From Thermoproteota archaeon (GTDB taxonomy: Archaea > Thermoproteota > Thermoprotei > Gearchaeales > Gearchaeaceae), in assembly GCA_032249235.1 (NCBI GenBank), contig JAVVGF010000003.1:1-64000 (forward strand): a DNA stretch of 64,000 bases. The letters run 5' to 3'. Under the pieces are notes generated by a model. The model was not told where the DNA came from and did no database searches. It saw only the letters and a list, made by a program, of their open reading frames with translations. Positions 1 through 9,282 of this stretch are shown piece by piece. Both the position numbers and the translations under genes were made by a program. Every line of letters begins with the position of its first letter. Positions within the stretch are counted from its first letter, which is position 1.

Positions 1-103
1 TACAATTCAAGAAGTTAAACATAAAATCGATGAGTTAATCAAGATTGTTTATCCTAAAGGTTTAGATCTTTAAGACTAAATACTGAATTATTTTTATTAT
101 TTT

Positions 104-1678
104 ATGTTCAAATGCTTCATAGGCAAAATCTACGTATCTTTTAAACCTTTAAAAATAGCTCAAGCTTTGCTCATATATAATGAAAGGATTATTTATAATG
201 GAGGTGTAGATGTAGCAGAAAGAATATGCGATGAATTCGGTGGAGAAAAGAAAGAGCTAAAGAATGAAGTTATATTACCTGGATTCATCGATGCACATGT
301 TCATTTAGATTGGATAGGGGAAACGCTGAATCAATTGGATTTGAGGAATACTAGAAGCATTGAAGAATTGAAGAAAAGATTGCAAGAATTTTCTTTGAAA
401 TCTAAATCTAACTGGATATATGGAAGAGGATGGGATCATGAACTATTCAAAGAGAAAAGATTACCAACAAGATGGGATATAGAGGAAGTAGTAAAAGATA
501 AACCAGTCATGCTTTCTAGAGTCTGCGGTCATATGGCTTTATTGAACACAAAAGCTCTTTCAGCATCTAATCTATTAGTTCAAGAGAATGAGGATGTCTT
601 GAGGGATGAAAGAAACGAAGTAACAGGCATTATTAAAGAAAACGCGATAAGCAAGGCTATAGAAAAATATAGAGATTCGTTAAGTGATGAAGAATTGGAA
701 AAATTCTTGATAGATGCCATGAACTATTGTGCTTCCCAAGGAGTTACAACTATCGGTCTAGCAGGATGCAGCATGCGCATATTGAAATTATTGATAAAAT
801 TGAATACGGAAAAGAAACAAAAAATTCGAGTTAGAGCATACATTAGGCTGAATGGGAACAAATTAGTTCAAGATTTAATAAAAAATGCAGGAATTCAATG
901 CGGTTTCGGTGATGACATGTTAAAGATAATGGGGTTTAAGATAATACTTGATGGAGCTTTAGGAATTAGGTCAGCATATTTATCTCAGCCATATAGCGAT
1001 ATGCCCAATCATTATGGGCAATTAAACTTAGATGCTAGTAGTTTATTTCAAATCGTAAGAGAAGCTGATGAAGCAAATTTACAAATTGCTATTCATGCAA
1101 TAGGCGATAAAGCTTGTGATTTAGTAATTGAAGCTTACAGTAGAGTAAAGAATTTAAATAAATTGAGACATAGGATTGAGCATGCTTCTTTGTTAAGAGA
1201 TGATCAAATTAAAAAAATTGCAGAGCTTGGTATAGGAGTAGCTGTCCAGCCAAGATTTATAATTTCAGATTGGTGGGCTAAAGAGCGTGTAGGAGCTGAG
1301 CGAATAAAATGGCTATATGCTTTCAAAAGCATGCTGAATAATAACATAAAAATAGGATTATCTACTGATTCTCCTGTTGAACCTTTAAATCCATGGGAAA
1401 CTGTATATGCTAGCATAACGAGAGGTAAGTATGAGGGCATAGAATATTACAAAGATACAATTCATGAAAAGCTAGAACTAGAGGAAGCTCTACATTGTTA
1501 TACCTCTGGCAGTGCATATATTATGCATGATGAAAATATTTTAGGCACTTTGGAAAATAATAAAATTGCTGATTTCATAATTGTTGATAAAGATCCTTTT
1601 AATACAAATGATTATGATATAAAAAACATAAAAGTTTTGGAAACATATATAGGTGGAAAATTAGTTTTTAAAATATAG
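104..1678 (+). CDS. Amidohydrolase 3 family (YtcJ-like) metal-dependent hydrolase
   Basis: PGFIDAHVH metal motif, GRGWD, KIILDGALG, IHAIGDKA, RHRIEHAS, STDSP motifs. Confidence 0.9.
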   Translation: MFKCFIGKIYVSFKPLKIAQALLIYNERIIYNGGVDVAERICDEFGGEKKELKNEVILPGFIDAHVHLDWIGETLNQLDLRNTRSIEELKKRLQEFSLKSKSNWIYGRGWDHELFKEKRLPTRWDIEEVVKDKPVMLSRVCGHMALLNTKALSASNLLVQENEDVLRDERNEVTGIIKENAISKAIEKYRDSLSDEELEKFLIDAMNYCASQGVTTIGLAGCSMRILKLLIKLNTEKKQKIRVRAYIRLNGNKLVQDLIKNAGIQCGFGDDMLKIMGFKIILDGALGIRSAYLSQPYSDMPNHYGQLNLDASSLFQIVREADEANLQIAIHAIGDKACDLVIEAYSRVKNLNKLRHRIEHASLLRDDQIKKIAELGIGVAVQPRFIISDWWAKERVGAERIKWLYAFKSMLNNNIKIGLSTDSPVEPLNPWETVYASITRGKYEGIEYYKDTIHEKLELEEALHCYTSGSAYIMHDENILGTLENNKIADFIIVDKDPFNTNDYDIKNIKVLETYIGGKLVFKI

Positions 1679-1722
1679 AATTTTAAGAAAGCTATATAAG
1701 CTAGAAATCTAATTTTTTAACA

Positions 1723-2745
1723 ATGAGAGCAGCATTTATTGAAGAGGTTAAGAAGCCTTTAGTAGTAAAAGAAGTTGAGTTAAAGGAGGAATTAGGTCCT
1801 AAAGAAGTATTGATAAAACAAGAACTAACTGGAGTTTGCTACAGAGATATACTAACTGCCGAAGGATTTTTTCCTAGAGCTAAATTACCTTTAATTCCAG
1901 GTCATGAAATAGCAGGAAAGATTGTAAAAGTAGGTAGCGATGTTAAAGATTTTAAAGAAGGAGATTATGTTGTTTCTTTAATTTACATACCATGCGGTGA
2001 GTGTAAATACTGTAAAGCTGGTATGGAAAATATTTGCAGAAGGAAACTTCAATATGGAGAAGATATAAATGGATCCTATGCAGAATACGTTAAAGCACAT
2101 GTAAATAGTCTAGTTAAGATCCCTTCAGATACTCCTCTAGAAGCTGCAGTCATAGCTGCATGCGTTACTGGTATGCTAATTCATGGCATTAAAGATAGAG
2201 CAAGCTTGAAAGAAGGCGAAACTGTTTTAGTAACAGGTGCAGGTGGAGGAGTAGGAATTCATGCTGTTCAAATAGCGAAAGCTTTAGGTGCAAAAGTAAT
2301 TGCATTGACAAGTTCAGAATGGAAAGCTAATAAGATAAAGGAAGTTGGTGCTGACGAAGTAATTATAGCTAAAGAGAACGTTCTAGAACAAATTAAGAAA
2401 TTAACCGAAGGCGAAGGAGCGGACATCGTAATTGATACAGTTGGTCAGCCGACTTTTGAGCAAAGCTTACGAAGCGTAAGATGGGGAGGCAGAATAGTAG
2501 TTATCGGAAATGTCAATGTTCAGCCTGTTTCATTGAATCTTGGCTTAATAATTTTAAGAGAAGTTTCAATTCTTGGAAATTTATCTTCCACTAAAAGAAA
2601 TATTCAAGAAGCAATCGATTTAACAAGGAAAGGAAAGATTAAAGCAATAATCCATGGTATCTATGATCTAAAGGATGTCAATAAAGTTCATGAATTGATG
2701 AAAACGAAATCATCTTTAGGAAGGATTCTGCTTAAAGTTGCATGA
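1723..2745 (+). CDS. Zn-dependent MDR oxidoreductase, acryloyl-CoA reductase-like
   Basis: GVCYRD, GHE, structural CxxCxxC...C, CVTGM, TGAGGGVGIHAVQ; resembles Sulfolobales acryloyl-CoA reductase as recalled. Confidence 0.8.
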   Translation: MRAAFIEEVKKPLVVKEVELKEELGPKEVLIKQELTGVCYRDILTAEGFFPRAKLPLIPGHEIAGKIVKVGSDVKDFKEGDYVVSLIYIPCGECKYCKAGMENICRRKLQYGEDINGSYAEYVKAHVNSLVKIPSDTPLEAAVIAACVTGMLIHGIKDRASLKEGETVLVTGAGGGVGIHAVQIAKALGAKVIALTSSEWKANKIKEVGADEVIIAKENVLEQIKKLTEGEGADIVIDTVGQPTFEQSLRSVRWGGRIVVIGNVNVQPVSLNLGLIILREVSILGNLSSTKRNIQEAIDLTRKGKIKAIIHGIYDLKDVNKVHELMKTKSSLGRILLKVA

Positions 2746-3563
2746 GCAAAATCGATTTTTTATTCATTTTAGTTCTAGTTTTAATATTGCTTTCCTTCGC
2801 TGTAACGTTTCTAGTTAGCGAAGAGACATCTATTAGACTTTGGTCATTATTAACGAACATCGGTGATGAACGAGTCTATATTTTTATTTCGATTGTACTT
2901 TATTTTCTATATCCAAATATAGGAATTTCTCTTTTACTTGTAATTCTATTCAGCGGTATGATTAACTTCTTCATTAAATGGTTATTTAACTTACCGAGAC
3001 CTCCAAATCCTAAAATCTTAGAAAGCGGACCTTCTTTTCCTAGCAATCATGCACAAAGCTCAGCGACATTCTGGACTATGGCAAATTTCAAGTTTCGTTC
3101 ATTATATTTGATGATTTTAGGAATTGTATATACGGTATTCATTTGTTATTCAAGAATTGTTTTGAATGTTCATTATCCTATAGACGTAATAGGGGGCGCT
3201 ATAATAGGATTTATCATTGCCCTTTTATTTATTCATATACCAAAAAATAATAAAACAAAATTATTCGACAACTATACCATCCTATTCTTTTTAATATTTA
3301 TTTTATCTCTAGTAGGCTATCTAATTTATAAAGATGAAAACTTCGCTAGTACATCTTTCTTTTCATTAGGATTTGGAGTGTTACATTTTTTTATAAAAGA
3401 TAAAACAAAATCGCAAAGAACTAATATCATATCAATTATTATATGGATAATAGTTGCACTACCTTTATTATACTTAAAAAGTATAAATTTGTACTTACAA
3501 TATTTTTTACTCGGAATTTCAGCACCTTTAGTAAAATATTTGGTCTATTTTTTATTTAAATAA
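2742..3563 (+). CDS. PAP2-family membrane phosphatase
   Basis: KWLFNLPRP, SFPSNH, SRIVLNVHYPIDV motifs; multiple TM segments. Confidence 0.9.
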   Translation: MSKIDFLFILVLVLILLSFAVTFLVSEETSIRLWSLLTNIGDERVYIFISIVLYFLYPNIGISLLLVILFSGMINFFIKWLFNLPRPPNPKILESGPSFPSNHAQSSATFWTMANFKFRSLYLMILGIVYTVFICYSRIVLNVHYPIDVIGGAIIGFIIALLFIHIPKNNKTKLFDNYTILFFLIFILSLVGYLIYKDENFASTSFFSLGFGVLHFFIKDKTKSQRTNIISIIIWIIVALPLLYLKSINLYLQYFLLGISAPLVKYLVYFLFK

Positions 3564-4009
3564 TTTACAAGTCCTTTTTTTATTGATTCGTTTTCCATAA
3601 TGAACTTGTATAATGAATATAATTTCTTTAAAGTCTCTTCGCTTATAACATGCTCTAGACTTTCTGCTTCTATATTTGCACTTTTTTCATCAACGCCAAG
3701 AAGCATTAAAAAATCGATTAGTTTTTTGTGCTTTTCAATAATGTCTTGAGCAACTTTCATACCTTTGCTCGTTAAAGATACACCTCCATATTTCTCGTAG
3801 TTGATCATTTCTTTACTTGCAAGTTTTTTAAGCATTTTAGTTACACTTGAAGCTTTTACATTCAAGATTTTAGAGATATCGCGTGGCTTTGCATAACCTT
3901 TTGCTTTCATTAACTCATATATTACTTCGAGATAATCTTCCTCCTTTGCACTAGCGATTTTAGTTTTTTTAATTTTATTGATTTTTTCTAAAATTTCGAT
4001 TTTACTCAA
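3545..4009 (-). CDS. mntR: DtxR/MntR-family metal-dependent transcriptional regulator
   Basis: EEDYLEVIYEL, SSVTKMLKKL HTH, YEKYGGVSLT, EAESLEHVIS; directly downstream of the Nramp gene. Confidence 0.88.
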   Translation of the reverse strand: MSKIEILEKINKIKKTKIASAKEEDYLEVIYELMKAKGYAKPRDISKILNVKASSVTKMLKKLASKEMINYEKYGGVSLTSKGMKVAQDIIEKHKKLIDFLMLLGVDEKSANIEAESLEHVISEETLKKLYSLYKFIMENESIKKGLVNYLNKK

Positions 4010-4019
4010 TTCAAAATGA

Positions 4020-5234
4020 TTAAAGAGACAAAGAATAAAAGCTTAAAGTCAAAAATAATAGGTTGAAGAAAGTTATCAAAATAGTTGATATTATTGCAAC
4101 AACGTTGGTATAAAGTTTGTTATTGAAGCCTTGCATTATTCTAGAGTTGCTTGTTACGTAAATCAAAGCAAATAAAACGACAGGTAGAGTTAATGATAAA
4201 ATTGCTTGGCTATAAACTAATATATCGATTGTTTTAATTCCTGAATAGATAGCTATTGCCAAAGGAGAGATATTAATAAGTCTAACTATTGCCCTTGTCT
4301 TCCATGCTTTAAACTTTCTTTTAAAAGCAGTCTCAAATATTTTCTGTCCAGCTAAAACGCTAACCATAGATGAAGATAAACCTGAAGCAAGCAATGCAAT
4401 AGCAAATATTACAGCTGCATTGATTCCATAAAGAGGAATTAAGGTGTAGTAAGCAATATTCATGTCTACTTCGCTGACCTTGCCATAGTAAGAATAATAC
4501 GCAAGTACTTGTATTGCTACATTGATTAGGCTAGCGATAATTAGATTAGCAATAGTTTCAATCTTATGTCTATCAAGGCCCATGTCATTGTTTTCTTTGG
4601 TGAGATATGAATGAAGGATTACAGCATGGGGCATTATCGTAGCACCTATAATACTTATTGCTAGTAAAGCTTGATGCGACCCACTTAAGCTGGGAATAAA
4701 GCTATGCGTTAGAATTTCCTCAATATTTGCTTTTACTATATAAAGCTCTAAGAGATAGCTTATTCCTACTATTGCAACAAGGCTTGCTATTATCATTTCG
4801 AAAATCTTCTTCTTATCTGCTGCGATCATTAAAACAAAAACGTCTATTATTCCGATTAATATCGAGACTTCGATAGGAATACCTAATAAAAATGTCAAGC
4901 CTAAAACAATTCCTAGAAATTCAGCCATATCTGTTGCGAAGACTAATAATATCATAGGAGAAAAGAATGAAAATCTCATCAAGGAATTACTTAATTTTTC
5001 ATCCATGAATTCGAGTAGTGACTTTTTTGTAACAATACCAAGTTTGCCTGATAAGTATTGAAATAACATCGCCATAAAACTTGAAAGCCATACAACCCAT
5101 AATAAAGAAAGACCAAATGTTGCTCCTGCTTCGATGTTGCTTCCAAAATTGCCTGGATCAATATAGGCTACGCTAACTATTGTAGCTGGACCTATGAGTA
5201 TGATTTTTTTGAAATGACTAAAATATTTAGCCAT
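4020..5234 (-). CDS. mntH: Nramp-family Mn2+/Fe2+ transporter
   Basis: AYIDPGN and GATIMPHAVILHS signatures. Confidence 0.93.
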   Translation of the reverse strand: MAKYFSHFKKIILIGPATIVSVAYIDPGNFGSNIEAGATFGLSLLWVVWLSSFMAMLFQYLSGKLGIVTKKSLLEFMDEKLSNSLMRFSFFSPMILLVFATDMAEFLGIVLGLTFLLGIPIEVSILIGIIDVFVLMIAADKKKIFEMIIASLVAIVGISYLLELYIVKANIEEILTHSFIPSLSGSHQALLAISIIGATIMPHAVILHSYLTKENNDMGLDRHKIETIANLIIASLINVAIQVLAYYSYYGKVSEVDMNIAYYTLIPLYGINAAVIFAIALLASGLSSSMVSVLAGQKIFETAFKRKFKAWKTRAIVRLINISPLAIAIYSGIKTIDILVYSQAILSLTLPVVLFALIYVTSNSRIMQGFNNKLYTNVVAIISTILITFFNLLFLTLSFYSLSL

Positions 5235-5254
5235 GTCTAACTCTTTTAGCTAAA
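5226..5254. promoter_or_regulatory. Putative DtxR/MntR operator over the mntH start, in the mntH/cas6 divergent promoter
   Basis: TTAG-N6-CTAA palindrome (5227-5240) plus TTTAGCTAAA palindrome (5245-5254); similar to DtxR-family TTAG..CTAA boxes. Confidence 0.45.
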
Positions 5255-5301
5255 TAAAAATTTTAATACAGCTATAAATCTCTTTTTGTTTGAATATTAT
5301 T

Positions 5302-6195
5302 ATGTACGTTGTTGAATATTACGCTCGACCTACTCAATATACAGAGTTTTCAACTTTTCCTGGTTTCTTTTTAAGAGGGGCCTTCTTTAAAATATTGAAG
5401 GATTCAGATCCAAATATTGCTACGCAAATACATGAATCGAAGAAGATAGCTCCATATTCTATAAAACCTCTAGAGGAATTGAATAGCAATAAAGTTGTTT
5501 TTAATAAAATAAAAGCTAACGTATTAACGCGTTTTTCTTTTATCTTTTTAAAAGAAGATCTTTATGAACGTTTTAGAGACAAATTCTTGATTGAAAGTTT
5601 CTCAATATCAGACAAGCCTTTTATCGTTCATGAAATAAAAGTTAGGAGAATAAGCTTCAAAGACTTGGAAAAATCCATTCAAGAACTGCCGAGAAAGTTC
5701 TTAATCGATTTCTTAACACCCACTGCTTTTAGATTGCCAGTTACGAGTTGCTGTAAGCATTGTCATGTTTATAAAAGATTAAAAATGAGAACTGCTAGAA
5801 AAGATAAAGAAACAATTGATCTAATAGCAACCATTAAGAACAGAAGAGGCGTAACATATCCTTTACCTGATATCAAACTTCTATTTTACAATACGATTAA
5901 GATTCTCGAAGTTTATGAGCAAATTGATTTTGATTTAGAGAGCTTTAACGATTGGCTTGACTTGGAAAGTATTGTTATATCAGGCTTTGAAGAAGGAATC
6001 AAGACAATGGTTATATACGAACATAAAACTTCTAAGAAATTTTTTAAAGGATTTATAGGAAAGGTGAATTTTGCTTTTAGACATATCAATGAAAAATACA
6101 TGCGAATAGCTTATGCTTTGTTAAAGTATGGAGAAATAATTAATGTAGGTTCAAATAGAACAGCTGGATGCGGTATGATAAAGTTATTGTATTAA
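5302..6195 (+). CDS. cas6: CRISPR-associated endoribonuclease Cas6 (orphan)
   Basis: RAMP motifs IH..KKIAPYSIKPL, FLTPTAFR, PLPD, GFIGKV and C-terminal G-loop NVGSNRTAGCG; ATG at 5302 preferred over TTG 5290. Confidence 0.9.
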   Translation: MYVVEYYARPTQYTEFSTFPGFFLRGAFFKILKDSDPNIATQIHESKKIAPYSIKPLEELNSNKVVFNKIKANVLTRFSFIFLKEDLYERFRDKFLIESFSISDKPFIVHEIKVRRISFKDLEKSIQELPRKFLIDFLTPTAFRLPVTSCCKHCHVYKRLKMRTARKDKETIDLIATIKNRRGVTYPLPDIKLLFYNTIKILEVYEQIDFDLESFNDWLDLESIVISGFEEGIKTMVIYEHKTSKKFFKGFIGKVNFAFRHINEKYMRIAYALLKYGEIINVGSNRTAGCGMIKLLY

Positions 6196-6705
6196 TCTCA
6201 TTACCTTTTTACCTCTTTCACTAGGTATAATCCTTATTTTAGCATTGCTGAACTCTTTGAAAAATTCTCTTTCTTCATTGATTTTATCTAGAAAAATAGC
6301 TAATGCAGCTATTTCTGAATGTGGTTGGTTCGTTATCGCTAAGTTCATGTCGCTTAAAAAATATACTTCTCTAGGAACTTTAGTAGAGCCTACGATGACA
6401 AGAATTTTTTCGTTCTTTTTTATTTCTTGCAGCTTTTCTATCAAAGGTATTCCATACATCGTCAGATGAACTTTTAATCCTTGAAATTCTTTTATTAAAA
6501 TCTTCCAATCATGAATGTATTCAACAGAAAAATCTCCTCCAAACGTTTCGTTAACCTTTTTAATTTTCTCTTCTAGCAATGGGTCTTTTTCACCACTATA
6601 GTACATTTTCTTTGCTAGAAAAGCTCTTGAAACAAGAGCACAATGTGTCGTAACTCTTTTATCTCTTATTCTTCTATGACCTAATCTAAGGACGTATATT
6701 TCCAC
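6184..6705 (-). CDS. trm56: tRNA (cytidine(56)-2'-O)-methyltransferase aTrm56
   Basis: LRLGHRRIRDKRVTTH, VHLTMYG, TNQPHSEIAALAIFLD. Confidence 0.95.
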   Translation of the reverse strand: MEIYVLRLGHRRIRDKRVTTHCALVSRAFLAKKMYYSGEKDPLLEEKIKKVNETFGGDFSVEYIHDWKILIKEFQGLKVHLTMYGIPLIEKLQEIKKNEKILVIVGSTKVPREVYFLSDMNLAITNQPHSEIAALAIFLDKINEEREFFKEFSNAKIRIIPSERGKKVMRLIQ

Positions 6706-6738
6706 GAATAATAAATTAATAGTTAAGCTTTTATTTGG

Positions 6739-6769
6739 GTTTCTGAATAAAGAACATTAGAATTGAGAC
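6739..6769 (+). CRISPR. Solitary CRISPR-repeat-like unit (not an array)
   Basis: GTTTCTGAATAAAGAACATTAGAATTGAGAC: GTTTC start, ATTGAGAC 3' end typical of Cas6-processed repeats; single copy, ~540 bp from cas6. Confidence 0.4.
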
Positions 6770-6820
6770 TCCTATATCGTAGCTGGATAGGTGGAATAAT
6801 GAAAAGAGGTTATTCTAGAT

Positions 6821-7984
6821 ATGCAAAATCTGAATAAACTAACTGAGCTTAAAGATAGGTTGCTTGGATTATTCGTTCAAAAAGAGCAAGAAGTAACTGC
6901 TGCGCTTGCAACCTTGCTTTCGGGTGAGCCATGCATTTTCATCGGTCCTCCTGGCACAGCTAAAACCATGCTGATTGAAACTTTAGCTAAATCGATTTCA
7001 GCATCCTATTTCTATTATCTTTTGACAAGATTTACTGAACCTGATGAAATAATAGGTCCTCTTGATATAAGCAAGTTAAGAGAAGGAGTTTATGAAAGGA
7101 TTGTCAAACATAAATTACCTGATAGCGATATTGTATTTTTGGATGAGATCTTCAAAGCAAGCTCTGCAATAAGAAACATATTGTTGGATATAATTCTAAA
7201 TAAAAGATTTTATACAGGCGTTGAATATAAACCGATTAAGCTATTAGCGTTTTACTGTGCATCTAATGAAATCAGTACAGATAGCGAGGACCAAGCAATA
7301 TATGATAGAATGCTCATAAGGGCGTTTACGAAATATGTTTCTGACGATGCTATTCCTGATTTGCTTGAAACTGGTATAAAATTTGAAATAAATAAAGATA
7401 TTTCTCCAGTATTAGATAAACAAGATTTATTAGTTTTTCAAAAAGAAGTATTAAATAAACTTGAACTTATTAATCAAAATCAAAAGTTAATGAATAAATA
7501 TTTGGAAGCTCTAATGGAGTTAAAAATGAATAGTATTGTAATTTCAGATAGAAGAAAAGTAAAAATTTTAAAAGTAATATCTGCTTTATCGATAATTTAT
7601 AATGAAAATGAACCTACTTTAGATACACTTGCAGATACTTTAAGACTTACTTGTGTTCATGAAGAAGGAGATTTAAGGAAGGTTGAGCAAATAATTCAAA
7701 AGCTTCAATTGAGTTCTTATTATGTTCATATAAACAAAATACTTACTTTGAAAGCTGAGTTGCAAAATAGATTAGATGAAATGAGAAGAACAGGTAATTA
7801 TAGTATTGAGAATCTAAGACTTTTAAGTGCTTTGTATAAAAGGACATATTTTGAGGTTTCATCTTTGCCAAAGAATCCTAGACTTGCACCCTATTTAAGG
7901 GAATTGTTAAACGTTATGCATGATGCAAGAGAGCTTATTAAAAAGAAGAAAATAGATATATTTGGTGGTGAAGAAGATCTGTGA
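6821..7984 (+). CDS. MoxR-family AAA+ ATPase, RavA-like
   Basis: GPPGTAKT Walker A, YLLTRFTEPDEIIGP, VFLDEIFKASSAI, ASNE, ISDRR. Confidence 0.9.
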   Translation: MQNLNKLTELKDRLLGLFVQKEQEVTAALATLLSGEPCIFIGPPGTAKTMLIETLAKSISASYFYYLLTRFTEPDEIIGPLDISKLREGVYERIVKHKLPDSDIVFLDEIFKASSAIRNILLDIILNKRFYTGVEYKPIKLLAFYCASNEISTDSEDQAIYDRMLIRAFTKYVSDDAIPDLLETGIKFEINKDISPVLDKQDLLVFQKEVLNKLELINQNQKLMNKYLEALMELKMNSIVISDRRKVKILKVISALSIIYNENEPTLDTLADTLRLTCVHEEGDLRKVEQIIQKLQLSSYYVHINKILTLKAELQNRLDEMRRTGNYSIENLRLLSALYKRTYFEVSSLPKNPRLAPYLRELLNVMHDARELIKKKKIDIFGGEEDL

Positions 7985-9282
7985 TAAGGAATAATTTAAA
8001 GAATGTAAAAATCACAGATGCGATATATCCAATAAAGCAAGCTCAAATTGAAGATCTTTTAGATAGCGAGTTAAGACAGCTTATGAGATCTTCTCATTAT
8101 TTGAGTATAATATGTACCGATAATTATTTTCTACATTATTCATTATATCCCATTTTGATAGAAAATAACGAAGATTATATTTTGAATAAGGTTTTAGAAT
8201 TCCAGAAAAAGTATGTAAAAAAAGAAGAATATGCAAAAATAAAAGCTTTAACAACATTGGATGATACTCTTAGTTTAGCTTATACGTATTATTTCACAAA
8301 AGCCTTGTTGAATGAACTAAAGCAAGAGCTTGAAAAAGAAATGCAGAATTATGCGCAAAACGATATGGAGAGTGTATTAAATCAAATTATACTTAGGTTT
8401 TTCTCATCAGAATCATCCAAGCAAAAAGTTGAGCTGGCCCAAAGAGAAGCCTTAGATAATACTAAGAAGCTGAGCGAAATTAAAGATTTTCTTTCTGAGC
8501 TGAGTGCAGGTAAAAGTGGAACAGATTTCAGAAAAGTTTTGGACTTGTCTGATAAGATAATAAACAATACTTTATTATACAAAATAATAACAGAAGGTAA
8601 GAAGATTCAAACCGAATTACCGACATTTGTTAAGATAACTAAAATAAAAGATAAACATGGCCAAGAACTCTCTGAATATGGAATAACGAGAGATATATTT
8701 GAGGCAAGGATTGCTGATTTCTCATTGCCTGATGAGCTTTTCTTATATAAGTTCGCTTCCTCAAGCTTTACTAGTTTAATAAAGCACAATGTTGCAGAAG
8801 GCGCTTATTACATCTTAATTGATAAATCAGGCTCAATGAGTAATGAAACAAAAATCATATATTCAAGATCTTTAGCATTAGCATTGTTCAAGTTATCTAG
8901 GAGAAAAAAGAGAAAATACTTTCTGCAATTCTTTGATACGTATGTCTATCCATATAGACCATTAGACAATCCAGAAGAAATTCTTGAATGCTTATTAAGA
9001 GTTGAGAATTCAGGAGGTACAGATATAGATAATGCGATTTATGTTGCTATGAATAATCTCATAAGAAATAAACTGGATCAATATACTAATACGTTGATAA
9101 TAATTACCGATGGAGAAGATACTGTAACTACTCAGAAAGAGTGGCTTGAAAGAAATAATGTTTCTCTAATTTCTATAATGGTAGGTGGTGATAATGAAAC
9201 ACTTAAACAATTAAGTACAAAGTATTTCAAAGCAGAATTGAGCAATGAAGGTATCTTGAAGATTATAGAAGCCGTTAAATGA
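7981..9282 (+). CDS. VWA-domain protein, ViaA-like
   Basis: C-terminal MIDAS motif DKSGSM...GGTDI...IITDGED; overlaps the ATPase stop. Confidence 0.88.
   Translation: MIRNNLKNVKITDAIYPIKQAQIEDLLDSELRQLMRSSHYLSIICTDNYFLHYSLYPILIENNEDYILNKVLEFQKKYVKKEEYAKIKALTTLDDTLSLAYTYYFTKALLNELKQELEKEMQNYAQNDMESVLNQIILRFFSSESSKQKVELAQREALDNTKKLSEIKDFLSELSAGKSGTDFRKVLDLSDKIINNTLLYKIITEGKKIQTELPTFVKITKIKDKHGQELSEYGITRDIFEARIADFSLPDELFLYKFASSSFTSLIKHNVAEGAYYILIDKSGSMSNETKIIYSRSLALALFKLSRRKKRKYFLQFFDTYVYPYRPLDNPEEILECLLRVENSGGTDIDNAIYVAMNNLIRNKLDQYTNTLIIITDGEDTVTTQKEWLERNNVSLISIMVGGDNETLKQLSTKYFKAELSNEGILKIIEAVK

Noticed and set aside
6795-6834. Possible C/D box sRNA (ATAATGA...CTGA)
   Set aside because: Box C is imperfect, the span is too short and no convincing D'/C' boxes are present.
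6739-6850. Full CRISPR array or two-repeat mini-array upstream of the AAA ATPase
   Set aside because: Only one repeat-like unit. The recurring TCTGAATAAA at 6829 is 87 bp away, inside the CDS, and lacks the ATTGAGAC end.
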